NCBI GenBank assembly: GCA_044376115.1
Contig: JBILLK010000006.1
Coordinates: 288,001-352,000 of the forward strand
Length of the DNA: 64,000 nt
Source of the DNA: Polyangiaceae bacterium
GTDB lineage: Bacteria > Myxococcota_A > Polyangia > Polyangiales > Polyangiaceae
Direction: 5' to 3'
Shown here: piece by piece, positions 1-9,346 of the stretch
How positions within the stretch are numbered: the first letter of the stretch is position 1
Layout: every line of letters begins with the position of its first letter
Position numbers and translations under genes: made by a program
Notes under the pieces: generated by a model
Database searches by the model: none
Seen by the model: the letters and a program-made list of their open reading frames with translations, nothing else
Told to the model about the DNA's origin: nothing

Positions 1-693
1 ATCCGCGTGGGCAAGGTCTCCTGCCAAGTGATCGGTGTTCTCGCCGCAAAGGGCCAATCGACCTTCGGCCAGGATCAGGACGACTTCGTCGTCATGCCGC
101 TGCGAGCCTTCCAACGAAAGTTGGCTGGAAATACCGATGTCGGCGCCATTTTTATCAGCGCTGCGAGCGACAATCTAACGACTAAAGCTGTGCAGCAGAT
201 CGAACTCTTGCTACGCGAGCGTCGTCGTATCCGACAGGGCGAAGTGGACGACTTCTCGGTGCGCGATATGAAGGAGATCGCGAAGACGGTGGGTACGGTC
301 ACTGGCGCTCTCACCGCGCTCTTGGGGGCGATCGCTGGCGTGAGTCTGCTGGTCGGCGGCATCGGCATCATGAACATCATGCTGGTTTCGGTCACCGAGC
401 GAACACGGGAGATTGGCCTGCGCTTGGCGATTGGAGCGCGCGGGGCCGAGGTCATGCTGCAGTTCCTGATCGAGGCGGCGACGCTCTCGACTTTAGGAGG
501 CGCCATCGGGGTGATCTTTGGTTTGGCGTTGTCACTGATCGCGACGCGAGTGCTCCATATGCCGTTCGTGGTTTCGTGGGACATCGTGCTGATCGCGGTC
601 GGGTTCTCGGCGACGATCGGTATCGGCTTTGGCTTCTTTCCCGCGCGAAAGGCCGCTCATCTCAACCCGATTGAGGCGCTTCGACACGAATGA
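1..693 (+). CDS. MacB/FtsX-like ABC transporter permease, 5'-truncated by the window edge
   Basis: Signature SLLVGGIGIMNIMLVSVTERTREIGLRLAIGA and C-terminal FFPARKAAHLNPIEALRHE. Confidence 0.93.
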   Translation: MRVGKVSCQVIGVLAAKGQSTFGQDQDDFVVMPLRAFQRKLAGNTDVGAIFISAASDNLTTKAVQQIELLLRERRRIRQGEVDDFSVRDMKEIAKTVGTVTGALTALLGAIAGVSLLVGGIGIMNIMLVSVTERTREIGLRLAIGARGAEVMLQFLIEAATLSTLGGAIGVIFGLALSLIATRVLHMPFVVSWDIVLIAVGFSATIGIGFGFFPARKAAHLNPIEALRHE

Positions 694-757
694 GGCCGTT
701 CGGAGTAACGCTCTTGCTCTAGCCGCAGAACCCGTCCCAAGCGATTCTCGCTGGGTC

Positions 758-1201
758 ATGAAAATGCGCGTCGTCGGAGGTTGGCTCGTCGCAGTGAGCA
801 CGCTGGGCTGCAGCGGTCCAGCCGACGTCGTCACGGCCTCCGGCTCGAGTCCTCGACTGAACTCCGCTGGGTCGGTCGCTAGCGCGCCAGTTGCTGCAGC
901 CTCAGCGGGGGATCGTTGTGCCGCCATCGCCCGCGACATTGCCCAGCACGAAGCCGACTTGCTGCGTGCTGGGACGCATCGCTCATGTGTGCTCGACAAG
1001 GATTGTGAGTGCTTCGGACCGCCGGAGTGCAACGGCGCCCTGGGCGCCGGCTGCCCGTTTCCTTTGGCTGTGACAGCCGCCGAACAGCTTCGCCCGTTTG
1101 TTCGGCAGTGGGAGCAGGCGAACTGCGGCCCGCCGATTTGGTCGCCCTATCGCTGTCAGCCAGCGTGTCGTGAAGGGCAATGTGTTTCGTTGGCTGATTA
1201 G
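758..1201 (+). CDS. Small Cys-rich putative lipoprotein
   Basis: ATG at 758, signal peptide with lipobox-like STLGC, 10 further Cys. Confidence 0.65.
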   Translation: MKMRVVGGWLVAVSTLGCSGPADVVTASGSSPRLNSAGSVASAPVAAASAGDRCAAIARDIAQHEADLLRAGTHRSCVLDKDCECFGPPECNGALGAGCPFPLAVTAAEQLRPFVRQWEQANCGPPIWSPYRCQPACREGQCVSLAD

Positions 1202-1248
1202 CGCAGACTCGTGGCTGCATTCGGCGTGGCGGTGGAGGCGAACACGGC

Positions 1249-4200
1249 TTAGCTAACGTCGTAGCGTTTCATCCAACGGTGCAGGGTCACGCGGCTAATG
1301 CCCAACGACTTTGCTGCCAGCGTGCGGTTCCCCTTGGCGGCCTTGAGGGCCTGCTCAATCAACGCACGATCAAGCGTCTGAAGCTCATTGCGACGGGTTT
1401 GATCATGGCGAGCAAGATCGAGGTTTTCAGGGCCGATCGCTGCGGCTTCGGCCAAAAGCGCCCCGCGCGTGAGGGTCTGCTCCAGTTCGCGGACGTTGCC
1501 GGGCCAGTCATGGCGGAGCAGGGCGCTCTCGGCCTCACGGGAGAGCTCAAAGGAGCGCTGATAGCGCTGGCGCAATCGAGCCAGAATCGCCTGCGCGATC
1601 TCGAGGATGTCTTCGCGGCGTTCTCGCAGCGCGGGTAGGCTGACGCGTGCGCCCAAGAGGCGATAGTAAAGGTCTTCGCGAAAGGTTCCTTCGGCGACGG
1701 CCTGTTCGAGGTTGCGATGGGTTGCCGCGAGGATTCGGACCTCGACCTTGACGGTCTCGCTTCCACCGACGGGGCGAACTTCACCCTCCTGCAGCACTCG
1801 GAGCAGCCGCGTCTGCATCCGAAGCGGCATTTCCCCGATCTCGTCGAGAAAGAGCGTCCCGCCATCGGCGAGTCGGAACAGCCCGGGGCTGTCGTTGACC
1901 GCGCCGGTGAAGGCCCCGCGCTTGTGTCCGAACAGCTCGCTCTCGAGCAAGGCCTCCGGCACGGCGCCGCAGTTGATGGCAACGAAGGGCCCGTCACGGC
2001 GTGCGCTCTCGCGGTGAACGAAACGGGCGAAGAGCTCTTTGCCGGTGCCGCTCTCCCCGCGAACGAGCACCGGCAAGTCGGACTTAGCGACGCGCCGCGC
2101 GATATCGAGCGCGCTCAGTAGTTTGGAGGAGCTGCCGACGATTCCGCCTTGTTCTTCGGGGCTCAGCTTCGCGCGCTTGAGGAGCTCGGCGAGGCGCTCG
2201 ACCTCGCGCGCCTTTTCGACATTGTCACGTAGGGCGGCCTCGGTGTGACGCGCCGATTCGTCGGCGCGGTCCTCGGCTCGCTTCACGAGGCGCGTCTTTT
2301 CGAGGGCGATGCCAACGATGTCGGCGAGCGCCACGGTGAGTTCACGCTCGGTCTCACCAAAGCGGCCGTGTTCGATACGGTGGTCGAGGTAGAGCGCACC
2401 GAGCACCGCGTGCGGCCCTCGGATCGGGACCGCCAAGATCGAGCGCAAGCCAAGGTCGAGGATGCTGCGCGTGCGGTCGAGGGCAGGGTCTTCGAGCGCG
2501 CTGGCCGTAACCACGACCTCCCCGCTCTTCACGGCGCGCTCGACCACTGAGCGACTGAAGCGAAAGCTCGCGCTCTTGAGCGCGTCGGGCGGCACGTTAT
2601 GTGCCGCAACCACTTCGGGTAGCCCACGCGGCCTCGCGAGCACCAGGAAGGCGCGCTCGGCGCCGGTGAGCTGGACCGCCTCGTCGAGCGCAGTTTCAAG
2701 CACCCGCTGCTCCTGGCCTTCGAGCAACAAGCGCCTGACGAGCCCAAGTAGCCGTTGCGCGTCGGGACCGAGGCCACGGCGGGGAGCGGAAGGAGCTGAG
2801 ACCTGTCGCTCGAGTCCGCGCTCGACGGCCTTGCGCTCGGACGTGGAGGCAAAGTTGGCTTGCGTGGTCGCAGGTAGGCTCGCCACCAAGGCCGTGAGTT
2901 CGTTGCGCGCTTGTTCGGCCTCGCGAGCCCCTGAGCCGGGCGCAAGGGCCTCTCTTGCACGAGCGCATTCGAAGCGCGCAAGCAGGCTGAGCTCGCGCTC
3001 AGCGCCTTCGGCGCGAATCGCCTCCTCAGCGTGCGCGAGGGCGGCGGCGGGCTGTCCGCTCGCGAGCGCGGTGCGCGCCGCCAACAGCGCACACCGCGCT
3101 CCCAAGCCTGCACGTTTGAGGTCCTCGCTGTGCCGTTCCAACAGCTTGCGCGCGCGCTCGCTCGACCCAGCACGCAGCGAAAGCTCAGCGCCGAGTAACT
3201 CTGCTTCGCGAGCTTGTCGCGAGGCCCCCGCTGCGGCGAAGCCCGCCGCGGCGGCGGCCGCGAGCTCGAGCGCGGAGGGCAGGTTCGTATCGCGCAAGAG
3301 CTCCGCGCGCAGCATCCGGCTCTGCGCGCCGTACACCGCATCCCCAAGTTCCTTCGCGAGTTCATCGGCGCGATCGAGCAGCGTCGCCGCCTCGACGTGG
3401 CCTGCAAGGTACGTCCAGAGCCCAGCTACGTTCACGGTCGCCGCTAGCAGGTTGGCCTTGCGACCGAGCCGCTCCGCGAGCGATGCAGCCTCCTGATAGT
3501 GCTCGAGGGCAGCCGCAATTTCGCCGAGCCCCTGCTCAGCGGTAGCCAGGTTCATGATGAATGCAGGTAACCGCCCGACGTCACCTGCGCGCTCCGCTGC
3601 AGCCAACGCCTCGGCATAATGTTGGCGCGCCCTTCGAGGATCTCCCGAGAGGCCGCGTGCGGCCCCGAGGCGCGCGTGAGCTTGTGCAGCGAGCAACGCA
3701 TCGTCGTGGCGGTCTGCGAGAGCCAGCGCGTTCTCTGCGAAGGAGAGCGCATCCTCGACACGACCTTGGCGTAGCGCGACGTCACTCTGAATGGACCACA
3801 GTCTGCCGACGACCTCGCGAGGGGTGTCGCACAGGCCCAGTTCATCGGGCTCCGCTTCGAGAAAGGTCGCACTTCGCGCAAGTCCTCGCTCAGCGAGCGC
3901 TCGCGCGAACTCCGGTTCGCCCAACGCCAGACTTGCGTGGGCGCCGATCGCCAGGGCAGCGACCCCAACCTCCGGCTCGAACTCGAGGTCCTGTGCAGCC
4001 GCCTTCGCCTCCGCGTGTTGGCCGAGCCGTTCCAAACACTCGAGTCGGAGCAGCCGATCGTAGGCGCTGCTCGCGGACAACGAGGCAAGGAGCTCACTCG
4101 CTCTCGTGTAGTTGCCGGAGCGAGCCAAGGCGCGAGCAAGCAGCCCTTGCGCGAGTTGCGCGCGCGGGCTGGATGTCCGCGTGCCTTTCCCTAGGACGCC

Positions 4201-5538
4201 CTCGGCGATCGCCGCCGCTCGCGAGTAGTCGCCGCGACGGAGGGCGAGCTCACAGTCGGCGAGGGATGCGCCAGTGAGGCTGGGTGGACCCGCGGCGGCC
4301 GTGCGCTCGAGCTTCTCGACCGCATGATCGATGGCCACCCTCGAGGTGAGCGGCTGGCTTTCGGCTTGCCGCGCGAGCGCTGCGAGCGTCCCGAAGCCCT
4401 TGTTGCTGCGCGTCCAAGCGTACTCGAGCAGCGGTCGATCCAGCCGAGCTCCGGCCAACTCGAATAGTCGGGCCGCCTGCTCTTGGCTGGCTTGCGGTAG
4501 CGCCGAAGGTTCGCTGCCGAGCGCGGGCGCGAGCTGCGGACCGGCTAGCACCACCAGCGCAGCTTTTTTCGTTCGAGCGATTGAAGTGCTCAGAATTTGT
4601 GCCGCCTCACGCGAGGCCTCGTCGTGCACCATCGCGATCACGGTGAGCCCAAGGCGGGCCCCTGCGCTGGCAACCGCCGCGAGATCGCGCATGCGATCCC
4701 CGCTCGTTCGCAGCCCAAAGCACTTGGCCCAGCGCGCAACGAAGTCACGGTCGGACGCGAGCGCAAGCCGCACCGTCGGCTTGCCGGCGCGCAAAGCGCG
4801 CTGCGCCAGGTCCCGAGCGAAGCGGTGGCGGCCGGAGCCGCGCCCGGCGCGGAGCCAAAGCGTGCGCCCCTCCGCTCGGTCCACCACAGAAAGCGCCTGA
4901 TCGAGCGTCGACGTCGACCCGACTCGCGCGAAGCTCCCGACTACATCCAGCTGTCGTCGAGTTTCCCCGAGCGCGTTGATGCAGGCGAGCGCCGACGTTG
5001 GTCGGCTTCGCGGCTGCCTTGCGAGGCACGCCGTCAGCAGCGAGCGCAGTCCGGGGCTCGGGTCGGGCAGAGCGTCTTGCAACGCTCGCCCGAAGGAGTA
5101 GAGGTCGCCGGCCGCCGCAGCTTGCGCTCCTTCGAGGTACTCCGGCGGCATGTATCGCGGTGTGCCACCTCGCACCGTGGCGCCGAGCGGAAGGGCCAGC
5201 CCAAGGTCGATGATGCGCCCACGTCCACCCGCGTCCACCAAGAGATGCTCGGGCTTGAGGTCGCCATGGACGAACCCGCGCTGATGAAGGTGCTCGAGTC
5301 CGGTCAGCAGGTCGGCCAAAACCGAAGGGCTAGCGGTCGCCGCCGATAGTGGCGCCCCATCCACCGGCTCCAAAACGATCGCCCGCGAACGCTCGAACCC
5401 GCCAGCCACATCGAACAAGCGAGGGAAGGCCGGATGGCCGTGCTCGAGGAGCAGCGCCTCCTGCGCAAGAGCGGCACGCTGCTCGGCAACTTGAGCCTGC
5501 TTTTCGACGGCGGCACAGCCAGCAAGTCGATCCCACAC
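1249..5538 (-). CDS. Ser/Thr kinase - degenerate P-loop - TPR-like - GAF - sigma54 AAA+ - Fis HTH fusion activator (start uncertain, about 5540-5600)
   Basis: [22 protein letters not shown]; Ala/Leu-rich helical repeats; GAF-like [46 protein letters not shown]-terminal [19 protein letters not shown]. Confidence 0.9.
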   Translation of the reverse strand: MWDRLAGCAAVEKQAQVAEQRAALAQEALLLEHGHPAFPRLFDVAGGFERSRAIVLEPVDGAPLSAATASPSVLADLLTGLEHLHQRGFVHGDLKPEHLLVDAGGRGRIIDLGLALPLGATVRGGTPRYMPPEYLEGAQAAAAGDLYSFGRALQDALPDPSPGLRSLLTACLARQPRSRPTSALACINALGETRRQLDVVGSFARVGSTSTLDQALSVVDRAEGRTLWLRAGRGSGRHRFARDLAQRALRAGKPTVRLALASDRDFVARWAKCFGLRTSGDRMRDLAAVASAGARLGLTVIAMVHDEASREAAQILSTSIARTKKAALVVLAGPQLAPALGSEPSALPQASQEQAARLFELAGARLDRPLLEYAWTRSNKGFGTLAALARQAESQPLTSRVAIDHAVEKLERTAAAGPPSLTGASLADCELALRRGDYSRAAAIAEGVLGKGTRTSSPRAQLAQGLLARALARSGNYTRASELLASLSASSAYDRLLRLECLERLGQHAEAKAAAQDLEFEPEVGVAALAIGAHASLALGEPEFARALAERGLARSATFLEAEPDELGLCDTPREVVGRLWSIQSDVALRQGRVEDALSFAENALALADRHDDALLAAQAHARLGAARGLSGDPRRARQHYAEALAAAERAGDVGRLPAFIMNLATAEQGLGEIAAALEHYQEAASLAERLGRKANLLAATVNVAGLWTYLAGHVEAATLLDRADELAKELGDAVYGAQSRMLRAELLRDTNLPSALELAAAAAAGFAAAGASRQAREAELLGAELSLRAGSSERARKLLERHSEDLKRAGLGARCALLAARTALASGQPAAALAHAEEAIRAEGAERELSLLARFECARAREALAPGSGAREAEQARNELTALVASLPATTQANFASTSERKAVERGLERQVSAPSAPRRGLGPDAQRLLGLVRRLLLEGQEQRVLETALDEAVQLTGAERAFLVLARPRGLPEVVAAHNVPPDALKSASFRFSRSVVERAVKSGEVVVTASALEDPALDRTRSILDLGLRSILAVPIRGPHAVLGALYLDHRIEHGRFGETERELTVALADIVGIALEKTRLVKRAEDRADESARHTEAALRDNVEKAREVERLAELLKRAKLSPEEQGGIVGSSSKLLSALDIARRVAKSDLPVLVRGESGTGKELFARFVHRESARRDGPFVAINCGAVPEALLESELFGHKRGAFTGAVNDSPGLFRLADGGTLFLDEIGEMPLRMQTRLLRVLQEGEVRPVGGSETVKVEVRILAATHRNLEQAVAEGTFREDLYYRLLGARVSLPALRERREDILEIAQAILARLRQRYQRSFELSREAESALLRHDWPGNVRELEQTLTRGALLAEAAAIGPENLDLARHDQTRRNELQTLDRALIEQALKAAKGNRTLAAKSLGISRVTLHRWMKRYDVS

Positions 5539-5595
5539 CCTTCGAACCGACGGTCCGAGCTCGAGCCCCGGCTCGTAGCGGGTGTGCCAAAGGGA

Positions 5596-5632
5596 TGTAT
5601 CGATAGTGATACACCTAGTTACACCTGAAACA
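5596..5632. promoter_or_regulatory. Candidate enhancer (UAS) for a sigma54 activator
   Basis: Palindrome TGTATC-N6-GATACA (5596-5613) followed by half-sites GTTACA (5618-5623) and GAAACA (5627-5632) in an AT-richer segment. Confidence 0.55.
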
Positions 5633-5675
5633 GTTCGCTTTGCAAGTTTAGCCCTATTTGTTGGCAAATCTGGCT

Positions 5676-5691
5676 TGGCACGACTCGTGGA
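5676..5691 (+). promoter_or_regulatory. Candidate sigma54 -24/-12 promoter with a variant -12 element
   Basis: TGGCACG-ACTC-GTGGA about 30 bp upstream of ATG 5722; -24 matches consensus, -12 reads GG instead of GC. Confidence 0.5.
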
Positions 5692-5721
5692 TAAGGGGAG
5701 TCCAACCAAGGAGTTTCGGTC

Positions 5722-6234
5722 ATGAACCTGTTTCAACGCCTTTCGATGTTTGCTTTGCCGCTTGTTATGGTCGCTTGTGGAACCTCGTCCGGGAGCAGTG
5801 GAGAAGAAGGCGGCAGCGGCGGCACCGGCGGTAGTGGCGCTGCCGGCGCGAGTGAAACCGGCGGTGGTGGCAGCGGCGGGGAGGGGGGACAACCCGTGTG
5901 TCCGTCGCTCGAGAACGCTGCCGTGCACTACCTCTCGCAGGACCCAGCTCAGTGCGACCTCACCGATTGCGGCGGCGCCGAGACCGATTGCATCCCGTGT
6001 GCTGGCAACCAGGAGTACTTCTCGGATGAGGTGTGCGGCTGTGGCTGCATCGACATCGTCCCGGCCACGTGCCCCGACCCGAGTGACCCTGCCGTTCACT
6101 ACCTCGAGACAGACCGAGCCCTGTGCGGGCTCACCGATTGTGGTGGGACTGAGACCGATTGCATTCCCTGCGAGCCGGCCCAGGAGTACTTCGAGAATGA
6201 GTGTGGCTGCGGCTGCATCGACCCGAGCACCTGA
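5722..6234 (+). CDS. Lipoprotein with Gly/Ser linker and two tandem 8-Cys domains
   Basis: RBS AAGGAG, lipobox MVAC, duplicated CP..AVHYL..C.LTDCGG.ETDCIPC...QEYF...CGCGCID. Confidence 0.85.
   Translation: MNLFQRLSMFALPLVMVACGTSSGSSGEEGGSGGTGGSGAAGASETGGGGSGGEGGQPVCPSLENAAVHYLSQDPAQCDLTDCGGAETDCIPCAGNQEYFSDEVCGCGCIDIVPATCPDPSDPAVHYLETDRALCGLTDCGGTETDCIPCEPAQEYFENECGCGCIDPST
5896..6222 (+). repeat. Intragenic tandem duplication of an approximately 52 aa unit (5896-6054 and 6067-6222)
   Basis: Visible in DNA (ctcaccgattg..gagaccgattgcat..caggagtacttc twice) and in protein. Confidence 0.9.
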
Positions 6235-6237
6235 GCA

Positions 6238-6708
6238 ATGAAACCCTGGAAGCGGCTCCTCCCAAGCTTGTGGCTCATCGCTCTCGCAGCGTGCGTGGCG
6301 ACGCCGCTTCCTCAGCCTCCCGAATTCGAACTTGATGCAGACCTGGTCGAGGCCGATCCGCTCGATGCAGGCGTTACCTTCCAGGGCGCGCCGGGCGCCT
6401 TGACGCCAGGTCCGGTCGAGCTGCGCGTCACGCCGGCACCAACCGATACGGACCCTCCCCTCAGCCAAGGCTCAGCGCAGGTCGCGGCGGATGGCTCGTT
6501 CACGGTGTTCGTGCTCTCTCCGCTAGTGAACACCTTCTACTTTGAGGCGATCAGCGCGGACGCCGACGTCTTCGTGGGCGCCCTGACGATCGACGCCGGG
6601 ATCGTGATCGAGGCGGACCCAGGCCCAGACACTGACGGGGATGGCTCCCCCGATGAGATCGATTGTGCGCCGCAGGACCCAGCGCGCAGCGGTCAGCGCT
6701 GCAATTGA
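6238..6708 (+). CDS. Acidic lipoprotein with a C-terminal DxDxDG-type motif
   Basis: Lipobox LAAC; DTDGDGSPDEIDCAPQDP; starts 3 bp after the previous stop. Confidence 0.75.
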   Translation: MKPWKRLLPSLWLIALAACVATPLPQPPEFELDADLVEADPLDAGVTFQGAPGALTPGPVELRVTPAPTDTDPPLSQGSAQVAADGSFTVFVLSPLVNTFYFEAISADADVFVGALTIDAGIVIEADPGPDTDGDGSPDEIDCAPQDPARSGQRCN

Positions 6709-6774
6709 TTGAGTGGTTGCGAGGAGGGCTGCGGACTTTTTTATTGCGCTATTGGTCTCTTCCGTTATGCGCGA

Positions 6775-7278
6775 CTAGCAGCCCATGGCACAGCCGCCCT
6801 TGCCTTTGCACTCGTTCTTTCCGGCGCAATCATGCTGGTCCGTCTTGCACATCCCCTTGCCCTTGCACTCGTTGAGTCCCCTGCAACAAGCCTTCGCCGT
6901 GGGCTTGACCTTCTTCGGCTCGGCGGGGGATGAAGTGGGTTTGGCCTTGATGGGGGCTGCTACCTGAGCGGTCGCGCTTGCTGTGGCCACGGGTACCGCC
7001 GACGCTGTTGCGACAGCCGTGACCTGCGGCTCTGGCGTTGGAGCTGGTTGTTCCGCAACCGGCTCTACAGCCGGCTCAGCGGTGGGGACGGCGGCGCTGG
7101 GGCTTGCACTGGCCTGTGCCGAAGCCAGCCCGTAGTAGTCGGCGAGCACGGCATCTCGTGACAAAGGCTCCGGCTCCGACTTGGTGCCACCGCAGCCGGC
7201 GAGCAACCCAACCACAGCGGCGCGGCCGAGGGTGATCGCAAGAAGCTCCGAGCTTGGCGGCGGAAGGACGTTCGACAT
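6775..7278 (-). CDS. Lipoprotein with Pro/Ala linker and a Cys/Lys/Gly-rich C-terminal domain (BufA2-like repeats)
   Basis: Lipobox LAGC; CCRGLNECKGKGMCKTDQHDCAGKNECKGKGGCAMGC. Confidence 0.75.
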   Translation of the reverse strand: MSNVLPPPSSELLAITLGRAAVVGLLAGCGGTKSEPEPLSRDAVLADYYGLASAQASASPSAAVPTAEPAVEPVAEQPAPTPEPQVTAVATASAVPVATASATAQVAAPIKAKPTSSPAEPKKVKPTAKACCRGLNECKGKGMCKTDQHDCAGKNECKGKGGCAMGC

Positions 7279-7395
7279 GCGCGGACTTTAGCCCGTCTGT
7301 CGTCTACCGCGTAGCTCAAATTGGTGACAACGTGCGAGGTGCGAGCGCTAAGCGTCAATGGGCTGGCGCTCACCAATGCTTAGTTGCAATGATGA

Positions 7396-8121
7396 CTACG
7401 GGCGATTGGGCTCCGCTACTCGCGCGAGGCGGCGGTAGCGCGGTCCCTCGAGGTTCTCGGTCTCGTACTCGACGAGGCCTCGTTCATCGATGCAGAGCCG
7501 CTCGACGGTGTCCCCGTAGCCCATGGTGACTTTGCAACGAGTAATGGAGCAATAGCCGCGCTCCCCCGATGGCTCTCCGACCCGCGTGCAGGGAATGCTG
7601 TCTTGGGCGTCCCCTGCATCGAAGGTCGCAGCATAGGGGGCACGGGTGAGGAAGCCAGCACTCGAGATGATCGGAATCGTGGACTCGCCTTGCCAGAACA
7701 GCCCCAGCGCACTGGCCGAGAATGAAAGGTCAAAGTCAATCTCCTCCGCGCTACAGCTCATTCGCCCGCGGGTGCGGTCGTCGAGCGTGAAAGGCTCGAG
7801 AGTGCGGCAGCGCACGCGCACAACGAGCTCGCTACGCTCACCACTAACATCGTGCGGATCAACGTCGTCCAGATACTGGAAGAACCCCTTGTCTTCGGGA
7901 CGGAACAGCGCAGCGAACTGGTTCTGGATCGCAGCGTCGCCATCCGAGCGGCTGGAGGTAGGCGCGGTGCTTGGTGGCAAGGCTCCACTGGTCGGCGCAC
8001 TATGCGAAAGAGCCGTCGCTTTAGGTGGGCTGTTCTCAAGGCTAAGTGGGCCTTGGTTGACAGACGTGCACCCAGCAGCGGAGACCAGCAAAAAGGAGAC
8101 TCTTGACGCAGCGGACGTCAT
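7396..8121 (-). CDS. Hypothetical lipoprotein
   Basis: ATG at 8121, lipobox-like AAGC; fills the space downstream of the cupin gene. Confidence 0.6.
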   Translation of the reverse strand: MTSAASRVSFLLVSAAGCTSVNQGPLSLENSPPKATALSHSAPTSGALPPSTAPTSSRSDGDAAIQNQFAALFRPEDKGFFQYLDDVDPHDVSGERSELVVRVRCRTLEPFTLDDRTRGRMSCSAEEIDFDLSFSASALGLFWQGESTIPIISSAGFLTRAPYAATFDAGDAQDSIPCTRVGEPSGERGYCSITRCKVTMGYGDTVERLCIDERGLVEYETENLEGPRYRRLARVAEPNRP

Positions 8122-8167
8122 CACGCTCGTGCGAGTGTAGCCGCCTTCCACCGTGGCCGGGAGACGG

Positions 8168-8611
8168 TCAGCCTGGCGGCAGAAAGTGAATGCCGTGTTG
8201 ATTGCCAATCTCCGGCACCCTGGGGCCGTCTTCTGGTGCCTTTACCTCACGATGCACCTGGCGAAAGAAGCCAGCTGCGCTCGCCGGCGCGTCTAGGATG
8301 AGTAGCCTTGCAGGCGTCTCCGAGAGCCCCTGGAACGCGTGAACTACTCCTGCTGGCGCGTACAGGAAGTCTCCCGCCTTCACGATCCGGACTGTCTCTC
8401 CTAGCGTAAAGCGTACCTCCCCATCTGCGATGTAGTACGCCTCATCCCAATTGTGATGGTGCGGAGGTGGCCCCGCGTCCTTGGGCAAGAGCACCTCCAT
8501 GAGGGAGAATGCCGTTTCTGTGTGTTTACCCTCACACAAGAAGCGCACGTCTGCGCCCAAAACTCTTAGCGCTGGAGCTGGGTCATGCGGAAGAAATATG
8601 GGCTGTTTCAT
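8168..8611 (-). CDS. Cupin domain protein
   Basis: GPPPHHHNWDEAYYIADG and AGDFLYAPAGVVHAF cupin motifs; RBS GAGGGTG. Confidence 0.9.
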   Translation of the reverse strand: MKQPIFLPHDPAPALRVLGADVRFLCEGKHTETAFSLMEVLLPKDAGPPPHHHNWDEAYYIADGEVRFTLGETVRIVKAGDFLYAPAGVVHAFQGLSETPARLLILDAPASAAGFFRQVHREVKAPEDGPRVPEIGNQHGIHFLPPG

Positions 8612-8661
8612 CTCACCCTCTCGACTTCGTGAATAGGGGTCTTGGGTCCAATCGTAGCGAA

Positions 8662-8698
8662 TGTCATAGACTATGACACTGTGACATGGTTAATGTCA
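8662..8698. promoter_or_regulatory. Two inverted repeats, probable TetR operators
   Basis: TGTCATAG-A-CTATGACA (8662-8678) and TGACAT-N5-ATGTCA (8682-8698) between divergent cupin and TetR genes. Confidence 0.7.
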
Positions 8699-8699
8699 A

Positions 8700-9296
8700 T
8701 TGGTGGGTAAAGTCTCGGCTTCTAGAGTTCCGCTCGCGCTTGGCGAGCGCCACGTAGAGAATACTCGTCAGTGGATCGTCGCGGCGGCTACGGACCTGCT
8801 GGAACAAGAAGGTGGGATGACCTTGACGAACGCTTCGATCGCAGCTCGTTGCGGCATCTCGGAGCGTACGCTTTACCGTCACTATGCTTCTCGGGAAGTC
8901 CTCCTCAACGAGGTTGCGACAGAGGTTTGGCGCAGGCTCGATACACCCCCAGTGCCAGGGAGTTTGACCGAGTTGCTCGACTATCCGGAGCTCCTCTTTG
9001 GTCGATTCGAGGAGCGCTCGGCGTTGACCCGAGCCGCGCTACAGTCTGAACTTTTTTCTCGGCTACGCGACGGGGTCTCAGCGTCGCGAGGGACGGCGCT
9101 CAAGCGGCTACTTGCCCGGGATCTTCCTGCGAGTAGCAACACGCAGCGCCTACTCACTGCCAACAACTTGCGCTTCTTGTTAACGGCCACCACCTGGAAC
9201 TACTACCGGTGCAATCTTCAACTCAGTGCCGAGGTCACGGTTGCAACCGTGCGTTTGGCTGTGGACTGTCTATTGGCAGGGCTTCGCCCGGCGTAG
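8700..9296 (+). CDS. TetR/AcrR family regulator
   Basis: IVAAATDLL..LTNASIAARCGISERTLYRHYASRE helix-turn-helix. Confidence 0.9.
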   Translation: MVGKVSASRVPLALGERHVENTRQWIVAAATDLLEQEGGMTLTNASIAARCGISERTLYRHYASREVLLNEVATEVWRRLDTPPVPGSLTELLDYPELLFGRFEERSALTRAALQSELFSRLRDGVSASRGTALKRLLARDLPASSNTQRLLTANNLRFLLTATTWNYYRCNLQLSAEVTVATVRLAVDCLLAGLRPA

Positions 9297-9346
9297 CGTT
9301 GGTCGAGTGCTCCCAACGCGCGTCAGGAATGTGCGAAGGTACGTTC

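Noticed and set aside
5600..6468. N-terminal extension of about 290 aa on the 1739 aa ORF
   Set aside because: It is the antisense shadow of two convincing plus-strand lipoprotein genes and the promoter region; kinase similarity starts only near 5580.
7396..9296. Apparently less GC-biased cupin/TetR segment as a mobile island
   Set aside because: This is only a visual impression; I saw no integrase, transposase, tRNA or flanking repeats, and GC was not computed.
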